Counted from the first letter of the stretch, positions 1 through 10,640 are shown. The stretch is 64,000 nucleotides of DNA from Phycisphaerae bacterium (GCA_963675745.2 CAXXWX010000001.1:160001-224000), one strand, 5' to 3'. Program-made: numbers and translations. Notes: generated from the letters alone by a model not told the origin.

Positions 1-44
1 GCGGTTTTCGGCGCGTGCAGCCCATCGCGGTTTGCGCCTCTCTC

Positions 45-72
45 TGGTTCGTTCGTGCTTTCGAACGAACCA
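45..72. other. Perfect 11-bp hairpin upstream of the first CDS
   Basis: tggttcgttcg-tgcttt-cgaacgaacca. Confidence 0.45.
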
Positions 73-155
73 TGCGGCGTGGGCGTGCCCGCGTGTAGCT
101 TGGCCGGTATCGCGAACCGCACCGCAAGCAGGCTCTGCCTGGCTGCGGTGCAAGA

Positions 156-1976
156 ATGGAGAACAGCATGACTGATCAACCGAATCCGCCGGATCTGGAA
201 GTCAACCTGCCATCGCCGGACAGTCTGAAGGTGACAACTGAGCGTCCGTACCGCATCCTGCTGGTGAGCAATCTGGCGGGTTCGGAGAGCGGCGCGTTGA
301 CCGGACCGCTGAACGAGGCGGTTGTCGAGGTCAACGCCGAGAACTTCGACGAAGTGCTATCCGCGGCCAGCCCGACCGTAAACTTCAAGACGACCGACCC
401 GCTGGCCAGCGGCAACGTGATGGTCGAGGTTGAGCTCAATTTCACGTCGTTGAAGGACTTCAATCCCGAACCGCTGGTGCAACAGATACCGCCGGCCAAG
501 ACGCTGATGGGAATCCGCGACCTGGTCGTGCAGCGCATGCGCGGCAAGCAATCCGCCGAGCAGTTGGACAGCGCGGTCAAGCAGGCGGTGGCGGCCGACA
601 GCAACCTCGCCTGGTTGCCGGAGACGCTGAAATGGGCGCCGACGGCCGAACCGGTATCAGAAGGCGCGGTGGATGACCTCCTGGGTCAGCTCGACCTGGG
701 TGATGGCGCCGGCGACGAATCGCCGCCGCCCAAAACCCCCATTGGCAAGATGGTCGCAGCCGCGGCGGGTGGCGGCTCGGCGATTCCGGCTGGCGAGGGT
801 TCGTCGCTGCGCCGCACGCTGGCCGAGATTGATCGGCGTATCAGTACGTGGCTTACGACGGTGCTGCACGCCGCGCCTGTGCGGCAGCTTGAAGCCGCCT
901 GGCGCAGTCTGGCACATATGGTCTCGCGTTTCGAGTTTCGCAAGGGCGTCAGACTCGCCGTGCTCCACTCGTCGCGTGAGCAGTTGACCGAGCGGTTCTC
1001 GTCGCTGGTGATCGACCCCGTGTTTGATGAAGGCGCCGAGGCACCCGGCACCATCCTGGTTGACGATCTGTTCACCAACGCCGCCCCCGACGTGGAAATC
1101 CTCGACGAACTCGCGCAACACGCCGCCAGTCTGCCGGCTGTCGTGCTGTCGGGCGTCTCACACGAGTTCTTCGGCGTGAAGCACGCATGGCAGGTTCCGA
1201 CGCTGCCCGCATTCGTCAACATGTTTGACCAGTGGCAGTTCGCCAAATGGAAGACGCTGCGCCAACAGCCCTACTCGCGGGCCCTCGGCGTGATCTTCGG
1301 ACGCGGCCTGCTGCGGGCGCCCCACGGCGGCGAGAAAAAGCAGGACACCGATTTCGTCTACCGCGAGGAATGCGTCGGGGAGAAGGACTTCTTGTGGGCC
1401 GGCGGTGTAATCGCCGCCGGATGCACGATTGCGCGCAGCTTCGCCACGATTGGCTGGCCGACCGAAATGGTGGGCCGGCTGGAGGGCTTCGCGATCGGAC
1501 AGGGTGGCAAGAAGGGTGACAAGCAGTTTGGCCCCGCTGACACCACGCTCTCGATGGACAAGGCCCAGGAGATGGCCATCGCCGGGTTAAATGCCGTCAT
1601 CACCGAAAAGGGCCACGACAGCGTCATTGTCTGCAACGGCTTCAGCACAGCCGCCCCGACGCGTGCCGAGGGCTTTGGCCTGCTGGAGGTGAGCCTGCCG
1701 TATCAGCTCTTCGCCGCCCGGCTTTCGTACCTGCTATTCGAGCTCAAGCCGCACCTGGCCGGCATGGGCCCCGACAAGCTGGTGCCGTTCGTGCTCGGGC
1801 ATGTACGCTCGTGGCTGACCATCGATGAGATGCCGCCCGACGAGCAGCAGGTTTCAGTTCAGGCCAGGCCGGTCGAGGACGCCCCCGGCGTGCTCCAGCT
1901 TGCGGTAACGGTAACCGCCCCGCAGCGCATCCTGCCCGGCGGCATCCCGATCGTGCTGGGCTACCGCCTGACGTAG
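156..1976 (+). CDS. Contractile sheath-like protein, fused TssB(VipA)-like N-terminus + TssC(VipB)-like C-terminus
   Basis: N-term RPYRILLVSNL...VELNFTSLKDFNPEPLVQQIP resembles TssB; central IDRRISTWLTTVLHAAPVRQLEAAWRSL and W..LR...SR.LG...LLRAP resemble TssC. Confidence 0.7.
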   Translation: MENSMTDQPNPPDLEVNLPSPDSLKVTTERPYRILLVSNLAGSESGALTGPLNEAVVEVNAENFDEVLSAASPTVNFKTTDPLASGNVMVEVELNFTSLKDFNPEPLVQQIPPAKTLMGIRDLVVQRMRGKQSAEQLDSAVKQAVAADSNLAWLPETLKWAPTAEPVSEGAVDDLLGQLDLGDGAGDESPPPKTPIGKMVAAAAGGGSAIPAGEGSSLRRTLAEIDRRISTWLTTVLHAAPVRQLEAAWRSLAHMVSRFEFRKGVRLAVLHSSREQLTERFSSLVIDPVFDEGAEAPGTILVDDLFTNAAPDVEILDELAQHAASLPAVVLSGVSHEFFGVKHAWQVPTLPAFVNMFDQWQFAKWKTLRQQPYSRALGVIFGRGLLRAPHGGEKKQDTDFVYREECVGEKDFLWAGGVIAAGCTIARSFATIGWPTEMVGRLEGFAIGQGGKKGDKQFGPADTTLSMDKAQEMAIAGLNAVITEKGHDSVIVCNGFSTAAPTRAEGFGLLEVSLPYQLFAARLSYLLFELKPHLAGMGPDKLVPFVLGHVRSWLTIDEMPPDEQQVSVQARPVEDAPGVLQLAVTVTAPQRILPGGIPIVLGYRLT

Positions 1977-2011
1977 CGCCGAGCCGACGAAATAGAAAAC
2001 CGACACTCAAT

Positions 2012-2054
2012 CCGAAGCACGCGCGCTCAACAAGTCCGCGTGCTTCGGCTTTTT
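2012..2054 (+). terminator. Intrinsic terminator
   Basis: ccgaagcacgcg (2012-2023) pairs with cgcgtgcttcgg (2037-2048), followed by cttttt. Confidence 0.65.
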
Positions 2055-2109
2055 GTAGTGTAGTGGGCTTTCAAACGACGGCCGCCCACAGCGGCGTGGC
2101 CTGAGGGCT

Positions 2110-2529
2110 TCAGGTTTCCTCGACGATGATGATGTTGTCGGGCAGGAATTCGAGGGCGGGCTTGAGTTCGTCCCAGGTCAGCCCGTCGGGTGAGCAGCCC
2201 GGGCGCGGCAGGAGGGTCTGCGCGTCGCCGACGAGCTCGAGCAACTCGCGGGCGCTGCGTTCGATGATCTGCACGGTGGGTTTTGACCACTGGAATTGCT
2301 TGACCGGAAAGGCGAGCAGGTCCGGACGTACCTGGTGAACGTGCGTGCCGCGTGCGGTTAGCATGCGTCCGAGGTCGGCAGCCAGACCGGCGAAGCGTTT
2401 AGCCGCCTCCGTCGCCGAGCGCGTTTCCAGAATCGCCTCTCCGTCACCCGATACGGCACCGCTGGTTATGATGCAGCGTTGCGCCGCGCGCTCGAGCCAC
2501 AGGTTGCACTTCTTTTCGACCATGGTCAT
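2110..2529 (-). CDS. Stand-alone macro-domain-like (ADP-ribose-binding family) protein, degenerate
   Basis: AAKRF.GLA..LG...HVH...LLAFPVK...IERSARELLEL...LPRPGC..DGLTW pattern of small macro-like proteins. Confidence 0.6.
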   Translation of the reverse strand: MTMVEKKCNLWLERAAQRCIITSGAVSGDGEAILETRSATEAAKRFAGLAADLGRMLTARGTHVHQVRPDLLAFPVKQFQWSKPTVQIIERSARELLELVGDAQTLLPRPGCSPDGLTWDELKPALEFLPDNIIIVEET

Positions 2530-2922
2530 GCCTGCACCTAAAGAGCGCCGCCACCAGACCGCCAGGGGCGCCGCACTTTATCAGACGAATCTTACGGAAA
2601 GACCGCCGGAACTTAAAGACCTCACGGAGCAAAACTTGCGCGGTTCGACGCCGCGCACGACAGTCCCGCAAGACTGCCCTGCTATCACTTGAATCGGCAG
2701 GCGAGGGTGACGGGCTTGAGCCCCGCCGCCGCCGTTCGGCGTGAGCAGCGCGCCTTCCGCCGCAGTACCATCGGGCCCATGAGACGGGCGGCGGGTCTTG
2801 ACATGGGCTCGTGGCCGGGTTCAATCACATCGCAAAGCCAGCGGACCGCGCGTCGGTCAGGCGGCAGGTGGCCCCGCACCGCCGCGCTGTGCCCGCCACG
2901 CTTTGCGGGAAGGCAACTCGTC

Positions 2923-4434
2923 ATGCCGGCAAAGTCATTGACCGTGACCAGAATGTCAGAGCATCTGCTGTCTGACGATCGGCGCGTGATCACACGGCTG
3001 TTTGTCCCGGGGGGCGGTGAGCGAATTCGGGCGGTTGTCGAGCGCGTCGGCGGCCTGAGCGACAAAGACGTGGATGCGCTGCTGGCCCGCGTGATGCGGG
3101 ATTTTGCGGGGCGTCACCGGGACATCAAATCCAGTTTCGACGAGAACTTCGCCGAGGCCGCCCCGCACCTGGAGATGCCCAATCGGCTGTCCCAGGCGCG
3201 CCGACAGCTCATCGGCGCATACTTCACCATGGAATACGCGATCGAGGCCGCCGCGTTATTCAATCCGTCGATCGTCGTGCATCCCGACCAAAGCGACCTG
3301 CCGGCCGGCGCGCTACGCTTCATCATGAGCCTGCGCGCCACCGGCGAGGGGCATGTTTCGTCAATCGTGTTCCGAACGGGCGTCATCACGGCCGAGAACA
3401 AGGTCCGGCTCCATCGCGTAAACCGATTCGTTCATGCGGCGCGCAAGGTGAAGGACCGCACCTATGACAAGCACACCTTCTTCCTGAAACTCATCGAGAT
3501 GGGCGCGTATAACGATGTGACCGAGGCCGTTCTCGATCAACTCGGCGACAGCTTCGTATTCGATGAGCTCACCACGGCGCTCGAAAACATACAGCAGTCG
3601 GCCTTCGACGCCGACACCCTGCGCCAGACCTGCGAGCGAATCCGCTGGCTGGCCCGCTCCAACTATCATCTGACCTTCCCCGAAGACTGCGACGTCAGCG
3701 AGGTCGTCATCTTCCCGGTCAGTGAGAACGAAAGCCGGGGCATCGAGGATGCGCGTTTCGTGCGTTTCATTGATGATGACGGAACGGCGATTTATTACGC
3801 CACCTATACGGCGTATAACGGGTACGACATCCTGCCGCAGTTGATCGCCACGAAAAACTTCTACCACTTCCGGATCACCACGCTCAACGGGCGTTTCGCG
3901 CAGAACAAAGGCGCGGCGTTGTTTCCGCGTCGCGTGAACGGCTGGTATGTCATGCTGTCGCGCGTGGATGGTGAGAATCTGTACATCATGCGCTCCGACA
4001 ACATCCGGTTCTGGAACGAGGCCGAACAGCTCCAGACGCCGCGGTATCCGTGGGAGTTCGTGCAGATTGGCAATTGCGGTTCGCCACTGGAAACCTCGGC
4101 GGGCTGGCTGCTGCTGACACACGGGGTCGGCCCGATGCGGCAGTATTGCATCGGCGCGAGCCTGCTCGACCTCGACGATCCGCGGAAGGTGATCGCCCAG
4201 ACGCGTGAGCCGCTATTGGTACCCAACGAGACCGAGCGCGAAGGTTATGTGCCGAACGTCGTGTACACGTGCGGCGCGCTGATCCACAACGACGTGCTGT
4301 TTATTCCGTACGCCATGTCGGACTCGGCAACATCGATCGCGTCGGTCCCATTACCCGACTTGCTCGAGCACATGGTCGGCCGGAAGAAGAAGACGACGCG
4401 TGCCCCGCGCAAGCGAAAACAGCCGAAGAAATAA
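2923..4434 (+). CDS. Glycoside hydrolase family 130-like glycosidase/phosphorylase
   Basis: EAAALFNPS, SLRATGEGH, GIEDARF, NKGAALFP, QIGNCG, REGYVPNVVY motifs; ATG at 2923 after GGAAGG. Confidence 0.85.
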   Translation: MPAKSLTVTRMSEHLLSDDRRVITRLFVPGGGERIRAVVERVGGLSDKDVDALLARVMRDFAGRHRDIKSSFDENFAEAAPHLEMPNRLSQARRQLIGAYFTMEYAIEAAALFNPSIVVHPDQSDLPAGALRFIMSLRATGEGHVSSIVFRTGVITAENKVRLHRVNRFVHAARKVKDRTYDKHTFFLKLIEMGAYNDVTEAVLDQLGDSFVFDELTTALENIQQSAFDADTLRQTCERIRWLARSNYHLTFPEDCDVSEVVIFPVSENESRGIEDARFVRFIDDDGTAIYYATYTAYNGYDILPQLIATKNFYHFRITTLNGRFAQNKGAALFPRRVNGWYVMLSRVDGENLYIMRSDNIRFWNEAEQLQTPRYPWEFVQIGNCGSPLETSAGWLLLTHGVGPMRQYCIGASLLDLDDPRKVIAQTREPLLVPNETEREGYVPNVVYTCGALIHNDVLFIPYAMSDSATSIASVPLPDLLEHMVGRKKKTTRAPRKRKQPKK

Positions 4435-4506
4435 GGGGCTGAGAGCGCGGCGCCGGCGATGGGCCGCGCGTGATCTCCGGCAAGCCTCACACACTTGGTA
4501 GCTAGC

Positions 4507-5427
4507 ATGCGATCAGCGCACGTTGATGTCACCGTTGATTTGGACCGGGTACGGCTCGCCGCGGAACAGATCCGCGCGGCCACCGGCGTCAGCTTGATCG
4601 CCGTAGTCAAAGCTGATGCATACGGGCTGGGCGCGGCGCGTGTCGCTGACGCGCTGGCCGGCGTGGCCGACGAGTTCGCGTATTTCTCACTCGACGAGGC
4701 GCGCCAGGTCGGGCGCGCTGGTATCGTGCTGGGCCCGCCCGATGGACAGCCGGGCGACTACCGCGAACTCCACTTGCGACCAGCCGTCGGCAGCCTGGAC
4801 GAGGCGCGACGGCTATCCACCACACGACCGTTGCTCAACGTGGACAGTGGAATGCAGCGCTTCGGCTGCCGCGCGGACGAGGTTAACCGCGTACTGGCGC
4901 ACCAGAGCTTCGACGAGGCGTTTACCCACGCCGAGACGCAGGGCGCGGTGGCAGTGCTCGTTGATCTGTGCCGTGGGCGCGTGGGCCGGCTGCACGCGGC
5001 GAACACCGCCCTGCTCAACTGCCCCAGTGCGGTACTCGATGCGGTGCGTCCGGGAGTCGGGCTGTATACCGGGGCCGTGCGGGTCAGCGCGCGGCTCAAG
5101 GCTGTCCACGAGTCGTCCGGCAAGATCGGCTACACGGGCTTTCAGGCTCCCCGCGTGGGCATAATCCTGGCCGGCTACAGCAACCGCCTGCGACCGGCAC
5201 CCATTCTGATCAACGGGCGGCGTCAGCGCGTGCTCGAGGTCGGCATGAATACGTCGTTTGTCAGCGTTGCCGATGATGACCGCGTGGGTGACGAGGTTGT
5301 GCTGTTGGGCGATGGCCTGACCGAAAACGACCTGGGCAAGCAGTTGGGCGTTAGGCCACATGAAATACTGTGTACGTACACCTCACTGGGACCCCGGCGT
5401 TACCTTCCGTCTGATGCCGCATCGTAG
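4507..5427 (+). CDS. alr: Alanine racemase-like PLP enzyme (short form)
   Basis: AVVKADAYGLG PLP-lysine motif, DSGMQRFG, VRPGVGLY, IGY. Confidence 0.75.
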   Translation: MRSAHVDVTVDLDRVRLAAEQIRAATGVSLIAVVKADAYGLGAARVADALAGVADEFAYFSLDEARQVGRAGIVLGPPDGQPGDYRELHLRPAVGSLDEARRLSTTRPLLNVDSGMQRFGCRADEVNRVLAHQSFDEAFTHAETQGAVAVLVDLCRGRVGRLHAANTALLNCPSAVLDAVRPGVGLYTGAVRVSARLKAVHESSGKIGYTGFQAPRVGIILAGYSNRLRPAPILINGRRQRVLEVGMNTSFVSVADDDRVGDEVVLLGDGLTENDLGKQLGVRPHEILCTYTSLGPRRYLPSDAAS

Positions 5428-5517
5428 GCGGGCTCAACAACGGATTCCGCCCTGCTAACACCGCCCCTTTGTCAACCTGGCTGGGCTCGTGTCTTGTATT
5501 ACGACTCGGCACGGCGC

Positions 5518-5597
5518 GTAACGGCCGGCGCCTCGCCGGCCGCCGGACATTAGAGACACAGTTTCACATCGACGGCCTACGAGGCACAGGCCGTTAC
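5518..5597. repeat. REP-like palindrome doublet (family B), inverted copies 5518-5542 and 5573-5597
   Basis: gtaacggccggcgcctcgccggccg and reverse-strand gtaacggcctgtgcctcgtaggccg. Confidence 0.6.
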
Positions 5598-5857
5598 AAC
5601 GCTGTCTGCGCGAAGCGGCGGGACTGAGAGCGTCTTCAATGCCCTGCGGGCTTCGTTTCTCAAGACAACTACCGACAAGCCACGACAACAGGCGACATGC
5701 GCACCTTGGGCAAAAGGGTATCCTGCACGGTGAATCAGTGGCCGACACTACCCACAACGCAATCGATTATGGATTTCAACGGCCCTTCTAATCGCCAGCG
5801 GGCCGCTAAACGCTTACAACGAGGGTGTTTTGACCCTCAAGATAAGGAGCGAACCCC

Positions 5858-8152
5858 ATGAACATGCATCGAGATTCTGTGACCCGCGGTGTGATTGCCG
5901 CCCTGCTGTGCGCGGGCCTCGTCACCGTCGCACACGCAGAACCACCAGAGTTCACGCTGGCGAATGCCGTACCGAACGATGTGTTCCTGCTCGTCAACGC
6001 GCGCCACAATCCTGAGCGCGAGTTCCTCGACACCTATTGGAAAGATGTGCTCGACACCGCGATGGAAAGCGGCGTCTGCGATGATCTATGGGCGCTGCTG
6101 GGCACGTTGCTGGAAGAGGGGCAGATGGAGGAAGTGACGCGCCTCCGCCAGCGCGCCACCGAGCTAATGGAGAATCTGGACTGCACCGCCCTGGTCTCCA
6201 ATGAGATGGCGTTCGCGGAACGGCTAAACCCGCCCATAACGCAGGGGGAGAAGATCGTATTCGTGGGCCCGCCGGATATGGTCTGGCTTCTCCGCGGGGC
6301 CCCTGGGAGCGCGGAAAAGAACTACGAAGCCTTGCGGGCGATGTTGGAAGCTCTGGTTGAGGAAATCAACCACTTTGCCGGCAACGAGGGACAGGGGCTC
6401 ATGGTGGAGCAGCGTGAGCAAGGCGGCACGAAGCTGGCTCGGGTCAACCTGCTGGCCATGGTGACGCCGGTGCCGACGCTTTCAATTGCGGTAGCCCAGC
6501 ATGAGGACGTGGTCTTCATGACGCTTGGCGACCAGATGCTCGAGGACGTCATCGGCTTGCTGAATGGCGACGGGGCCAAACCGGCGCTGGCCGCCGAAAA
6601 GCGCTTCAAGGCCGCGTTTGCCGACCTGCCCCCGGCCGAAGACAGCCGCGTCTTCTTCGATTTGCCGGCGATGATGAAGCCGATTCACAAACTCATCGAC
6701 ATAGCGCTAGCGAAGGTCGATGCGCCAGCCGGTGAGCATGCCGCTCCGGTTTTGCCCGACGGAGCCCGCTCGCTGGTCATCAAGGCCGCCGAGGCCTACG
6801 AGCGCGAAGACTTCGCGCAGGCTCTGGAATTGACCAAGCAGGCTCACGAGAAGGCCCCGCACAACCCGTTGGTGCTCTATAACCTGGCATGCTTCAGCGC
6901 TCTGACTGATCAGCCACAGGAAGCCGTGACGTACCTCGAGCAGGCGGTGGAAGCCGGCTTCGATGAGCCCGACAAGATCGTCAGCGACAGTGACCTCGAC
7001 AGCCTGCGTGAGAATCCGCGTTACGCGGCGGCGTTGGCGGTGGCAAAGGAGAAGGCGGCTGTGGCCGGCGGCTCTGATCAGGCCAAGTGGGCGCTGGCGG
7101 TAAAGCGCATCGCCGAGCGGCTGATGGACACGATTGGCGTGCTGGATTACACCGCGGCCGTCGAGTTTACCGACGGTTACGACGTGCGCATGGAGTCGGT
7201 CGCGGTACTGAAGGACGGCGCGCGGGAGCAGCCGATCTACGCCGTTTTCGGCAGCCGCAAGCCGCTGGAGAATTTCGACAAGTACCTGCCCAAGGAGACC
7301 GTGTCGTTCTCGGTATCGGGCGGGTTCGACCTCGGCCAGCTCTACAAGTTCATCGAAGACTCGATCCGCACCACCGGGCCCATCGGTGAGCAGATGCTGC
7401 ACGAGTGGGCGATGTTCCAGGAAAATGTCGACTTCAGTGTCGAAGAGGACGTGCTCGCCTGGTTCGATGGCGACAGCGTATCGGTCACGTTGGAGGGTGA
7501 CCTCGGGTCGGTGAGTCTGATCAAGGTCACCGACGAGGCCATTGCCCGTGAGAAGATTGACGCCGCCGTCAAATGGGCATCGAACATGATGACGGAGGTC
7601 GGTGCCGCCAACCCCATGCTGATGATGATGGCGTTTCAGACTTCGCCGACGGCGGATGAGCGCCTGGCCGGATTCCAGAATCTGCACCTGACCATGCTGC
7701 CGCAGCCGATGGTGTTCGGCGTCGCGGATGGCTATTTGATCTTCGGCTCGTCAGCCGAAGGCGTGGCGCTGTGCCTGGAGACGGCGAAGGGGAACCACCC
7801 CGGGATCCGTGAAAACGCGCGCGTGATGCAGGAGGCGCTCGTCCCGCCCGGACCGTTCGTGGCGGTCAGCCTGACCGATCAGCGCCGCATGGGCCAGCAG
7901 CTCGCCGAGGGCATCGGCATGGTATCGATGGGCGCCGGCATGCTGGCGGCGTTCATTCCCGAACCCGAGGTGCGCCCGGTGATCATGAAACTCGCCGGCA
8001 TTCTGTCGAAGCTGACTCCGGCCGCCAAGAAGATCGACTTCTACAAGTCGACCGCGGCGTATACGACGTTTGACGGTGACACGTGGCACACACACAGTGT
8101 CACGCACTACGTGTCGCCGGACGAGAGGACCGTAAGCGCCCTACGGCCCTGA
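5858..8152 (+). CDS. Exported protein with internal TPR module (DUF3352-like scaffold)
   Basis: Signal peptide ending AHA-E; TPR LYNLACFSAL...AVEAGF...DSDLDSLR. Confidence 0.6.
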   Translation: MNMHRDSVTRGVIAALLCAGLVTVAHAEPPEFTLANAVPNDVFLLVNARHNPEREFLDTYWKDVLDTAMESGVCDDLWALLGTLLEEGQMEEVTRLRQRATELMENLDCTALVSNEMAFAERLNPPITQGEKIVFVGPPDMVWLLRGAPGSAEKNYEALRAMLEALVEEINHFAGNEGQGLMVEQREQGGTKLARVNLLAMVTPVPTLSIAVAQHEDVVFMTLGDQMLEDVIGLLNGDGAKPALAAEKRFKAAFADLPPAEDSRVFFDLPAMMKPIHKLIDIALAKVDAPAGEHAAPVLPDGARSLVIKAAEAYEREDFAQALELTKQAHEKAPHNPLVLYNLACFSALTDQPQEAVTYLEQAVEAGFDEPDKIVSDSDLDSLRENPRYAAALAVAKEKAAVAGGSDQAKWALAVKRIAERLMDTIGVLDYTAAVEFTDGYDVRMESVAVLKDGAREQPIYAVFGSRKPLENFDKYLPKETVSFSVSGGFDLGQLYKFIEDSIRTTGPIGEQMLHEWAMFQENVDFSVEEDVLAWFDGDSVSVTLEGDLGSVSLIKVTDEAIAREKIDAAVKWASNMMTEVGAANPMLMMMAFQTSPTADERLAGFQNLHLTMLPQPMVFGVADGYLIFGSSAEGVALCLETAKGNHPGIRENARVMQEALVPPGPFVAVSLTDQRRMGQQLAEGIGMVSMGAGMLAAFIPEPEVRPVIMKLAGILSKLTPAAKKIDFYKSTAAYTTFDGDTWHTHSVTHYVSPDERTVSALRP

Positions 8153-8273
8153 TAGTAGCCCAGGTCTCCGCGCCGAACGTCGCGACATGCGTACACGTGT
8201 TGCCGATGCGCGGCGGACGGCGCGGAGATCGTTGCTGGGCCCGGCAGATTGTGCGGCCCCCAGGGCGCACTCG

Positions 8274-10640
8274 TCACAAGAGGTCCAGCGCATCCACATC
8301 CACGGTGACCCGGCGCACCTTCGGGCGCAACAGTGACGCTGCGGCCGCCTCGCGCAACAGACGCTGGATGCTGCCATCGCGCGGGCCGCGCACAATCACC
8401 TGATAGCGCCGCATATCACGCAGACGCGGGATTGTGCATGACTCAGCATCATCGACGCGGATCTGCGGGTGCACGCGTTCGGCCAGACTGCGCAGATCGA
8501 GCGCAAGTCTATCCGCCGCGCTTCGTGCGGCCGCCGGACGCGGGTCAAGCAGCACAACCCGGACCAGGCGGGCGTACGGCGGATAGTACAGCGACTCGCG
8601 GTCACGCAATTCCGCCTCAGCGAAGGCCGCGTAGTTCATGCGTAAGGCCTCGTGGATCGCCGGCGCATCACTGCTGCCGCACTGAACCAGCGCCAGTGAA
8701 TCGCCGGTCTTCCGCCCGGCGCGGCCGACGACCTGCATCAACAGTTGAAAAACCCGCTCACCCGCGCGAAAATCCGGCAGCCACAGGGCCGCATCGGCGT
8801 CGATCACACCCACCAGCCCGACCGCGGGAAAGTCCAGCCCCTTCGCAACCATTTGCGTGCCGACCAGCAGATCAACCTCGCGGGCCTCAAATCGTGCCAG
8901 CGCGGAAGCGTAGTCGTCGCGGTGCTTCATGGTGTCGCTGTCAAGACGCTGAATCCGAGCGCCGGGCAACAGGTGCGACAGGGCCTCCTCCAACTGCTGA
9001 ATCGCCGTCCCCGTCGGCGCCATGCGCCCGTGGCAACTACTGTCCGGACAATTGCGCGGCGGATCGGCACGGTAGCCGCAGTGGTGGCACTGCACCCGTG
9101 AGTCGCGCGACCCCGTGTCCGTCCGTGGCTGATGAAGAACCAGGCGCGCATCGCAACGTGGGCAGCGCAAGATCAGCCCGCAACGCTCACAGCGCAAGAA
9201 CAGCGCATAGCCACGACGATTGTGCAGCAGAATCGCCTGTTGTCCACCGGCCAACGTCGCGCGCAGCTCGTGGGCCAGCTCGTCCGAGATCAACGGCGAC
9301 GTGGGCTCGGTGCGCACCAGTCGCGTGCGCGGCAGCCGCGCCCCGGGAACGCGCTCCGCCAGATGCACAAGGTGGTAGTGAGGCATATGGTGGGCGTTGT
9401 ACCAGGTCTCCAGCGCAGGGGTGGCAGTCCCCAACACGACCGGCACGACTTCAAACTGCGCGCGTTTGATCGCCACGTCACGCGCGTGGAAGAACGGCGC
9501 GGCGAGGTTCTTCAGACTGGTTTCCTGTTCTTCATCGATGACGATCAACCCCAGCTTCCGGCACGGGGCGAAAACCGCCGTGCGTGTGCCGATTACGACA
9601 TCTACCCGCCCGGCGGCGATCGCCCGCAACGTGTCGGCGCGCCGGCGATCGGTCAATTGGCTGTGCAGCACGGCCACGCGGTCGAACCTGCGCGCCAACC
9701 GTTCCACAACCTGCGTGGCCAGCGCTATCTCCGGCACGATCAGGATCGCCTGCCGGCCGGCGGCGACAACATCGCGGATCGCCCGTACATATACTTCGGT
9801 TTTTCCACTACCGGGCACGCCGAAGACCAGGTGCACGCCAAACGCCCCCCGCGGCAGAGCGGCTTTGAGAATCGCGTCGAGAGCCCCCTGCTGCCCGGCC
9901 GTCAGGTGCAAGTCGTCTTCATCGGCGTGTTCGGCGGCCCCGCGCCCGCACACGCCGTCGAGCCGCAGCTCGGGCACCAGCGGCTCGTGGCGCGTAACCA
10001 GCTCCACAATCCCGGCGTCGCAAAGCGCCTTCAAAACGCCCGAGCCGACACCGGCGGCGGCAAGCAGCTCAGAGCGCGGAACAAGCGCATCCTCGGGCGC
10101 GTCGCGCAATGCGTCGCATAGCGCTTGTCGCTTTGGCGTGAGATCGTCAGGCACCGGGCCGGCGAGTCGCGCGTAGACGACGCGCCGCAGCCGTGGTTTC
10201 CGCGTCGCGGATGGGAACATCGCGTTGAGCGCCAGTCCGGGCGGGCACGCGTAATACTCGCTGATCCACAACCCGAGTTCGACAAGACGCTCGTCCAGCA
10301 ATGGCTGTCCCGGCACAACCTCGCTGATCGGGCGGCGTGTGTGATTCCATTCGCGCTCGGCTACTCGAACACAGATTCCGTCCACCAGGCGCTCGGAACG
10401 CCCATAAGGCACGCGCACACTGACGCCCGCGCCAACCTGGTCGCGCAGGTTGTCGGGAATCGAATAGGTGTATAGCCGGCTCGTGCGCAGTGCGATTGCG
10501 ACATCGGCGACGATGTGGGTGCCGGGCGTGCCCTCGCGAGGGATGAGCCAGAGCTGTCCGCGCGGCTGCGCGGTCTCCGCCCCGGCGGGCCTGTCAGCCT
10601 CGTCGTCAGGATGAGGTGTCGCCACGTCGCGCCCTACCAT
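8274..10640 (-). CDS. priA: Primosomal protein N' (PriA helicase)
   Basis: GVPGSGKTEVY, VPEIAL, IDEEQE, CxxC zinc cluster, GTQMVAKGLDFP, PDFRAGER, QVVGRAGR. Confidence 0.95.
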   Translation of the reverse strand: MVGRDVATPHPDDEADRPAGAETAQPRGQLWLIPREGTPGTHIVADVAIALRTSRLYTYSIPDNLRDQVGAGVSVRVPYGRSERLVDGICVRVAEREWNHTRRPISEVVPGQPLLDERLVELGLWISEYYACPPGLALNAMFPSATRKPRLRRVVYARLAGPVPDDLTPKRQALCDALRDAPEDALVPRSELLAAAGVGSGVLKALCDAGIVELVTRHEPLVPELRLDGVCGRGAAEHADEDDLHLTAGQQGALDAILKAALPRGAFGVHLVFGVPGSGKTEVYVRAIRDVVAAGRQAILIVPEIALATQVVERLARRFDRVAVLHSQLTDRRRADTLRAIAAGRVDVVIGTRTAVFAPCRKLGLIVIDEEQETSLKNLAAPFFHARDVAIKRAQFEVVPVVLGTATPALETWYNAHHMPHYHLVHLAERVPGARLPRTRLVRTEPTSPLISDELAHELRATLAGGQQAILLHNRRGYALFLRCERCGLILRCPRCDARLVLHQPRTDTGSRDSRVQCHHCGYRADPPRNCPDSSCHGRMAPTGTAIQQLEEALSHLLPGARIQRLDSDTMKHRDDYASALARFEAREVDLLVGTQMVAKGLDFPAVGLVGVIDADAALWLPDFRAGERVFQLLMQVVGRAGRKTGDSLALVQCGSSDAPAIHEALRMNYAAFAEAELRDRESLYYPPYARLVRVVLLDPRPAAARSAADRLALDLRSLAERVHPQIRVDDAESCTIPRLRDMRRYQVIVRGPRDGSIQRLLREAAAASLLRPKVRRVTVDVDALDLL

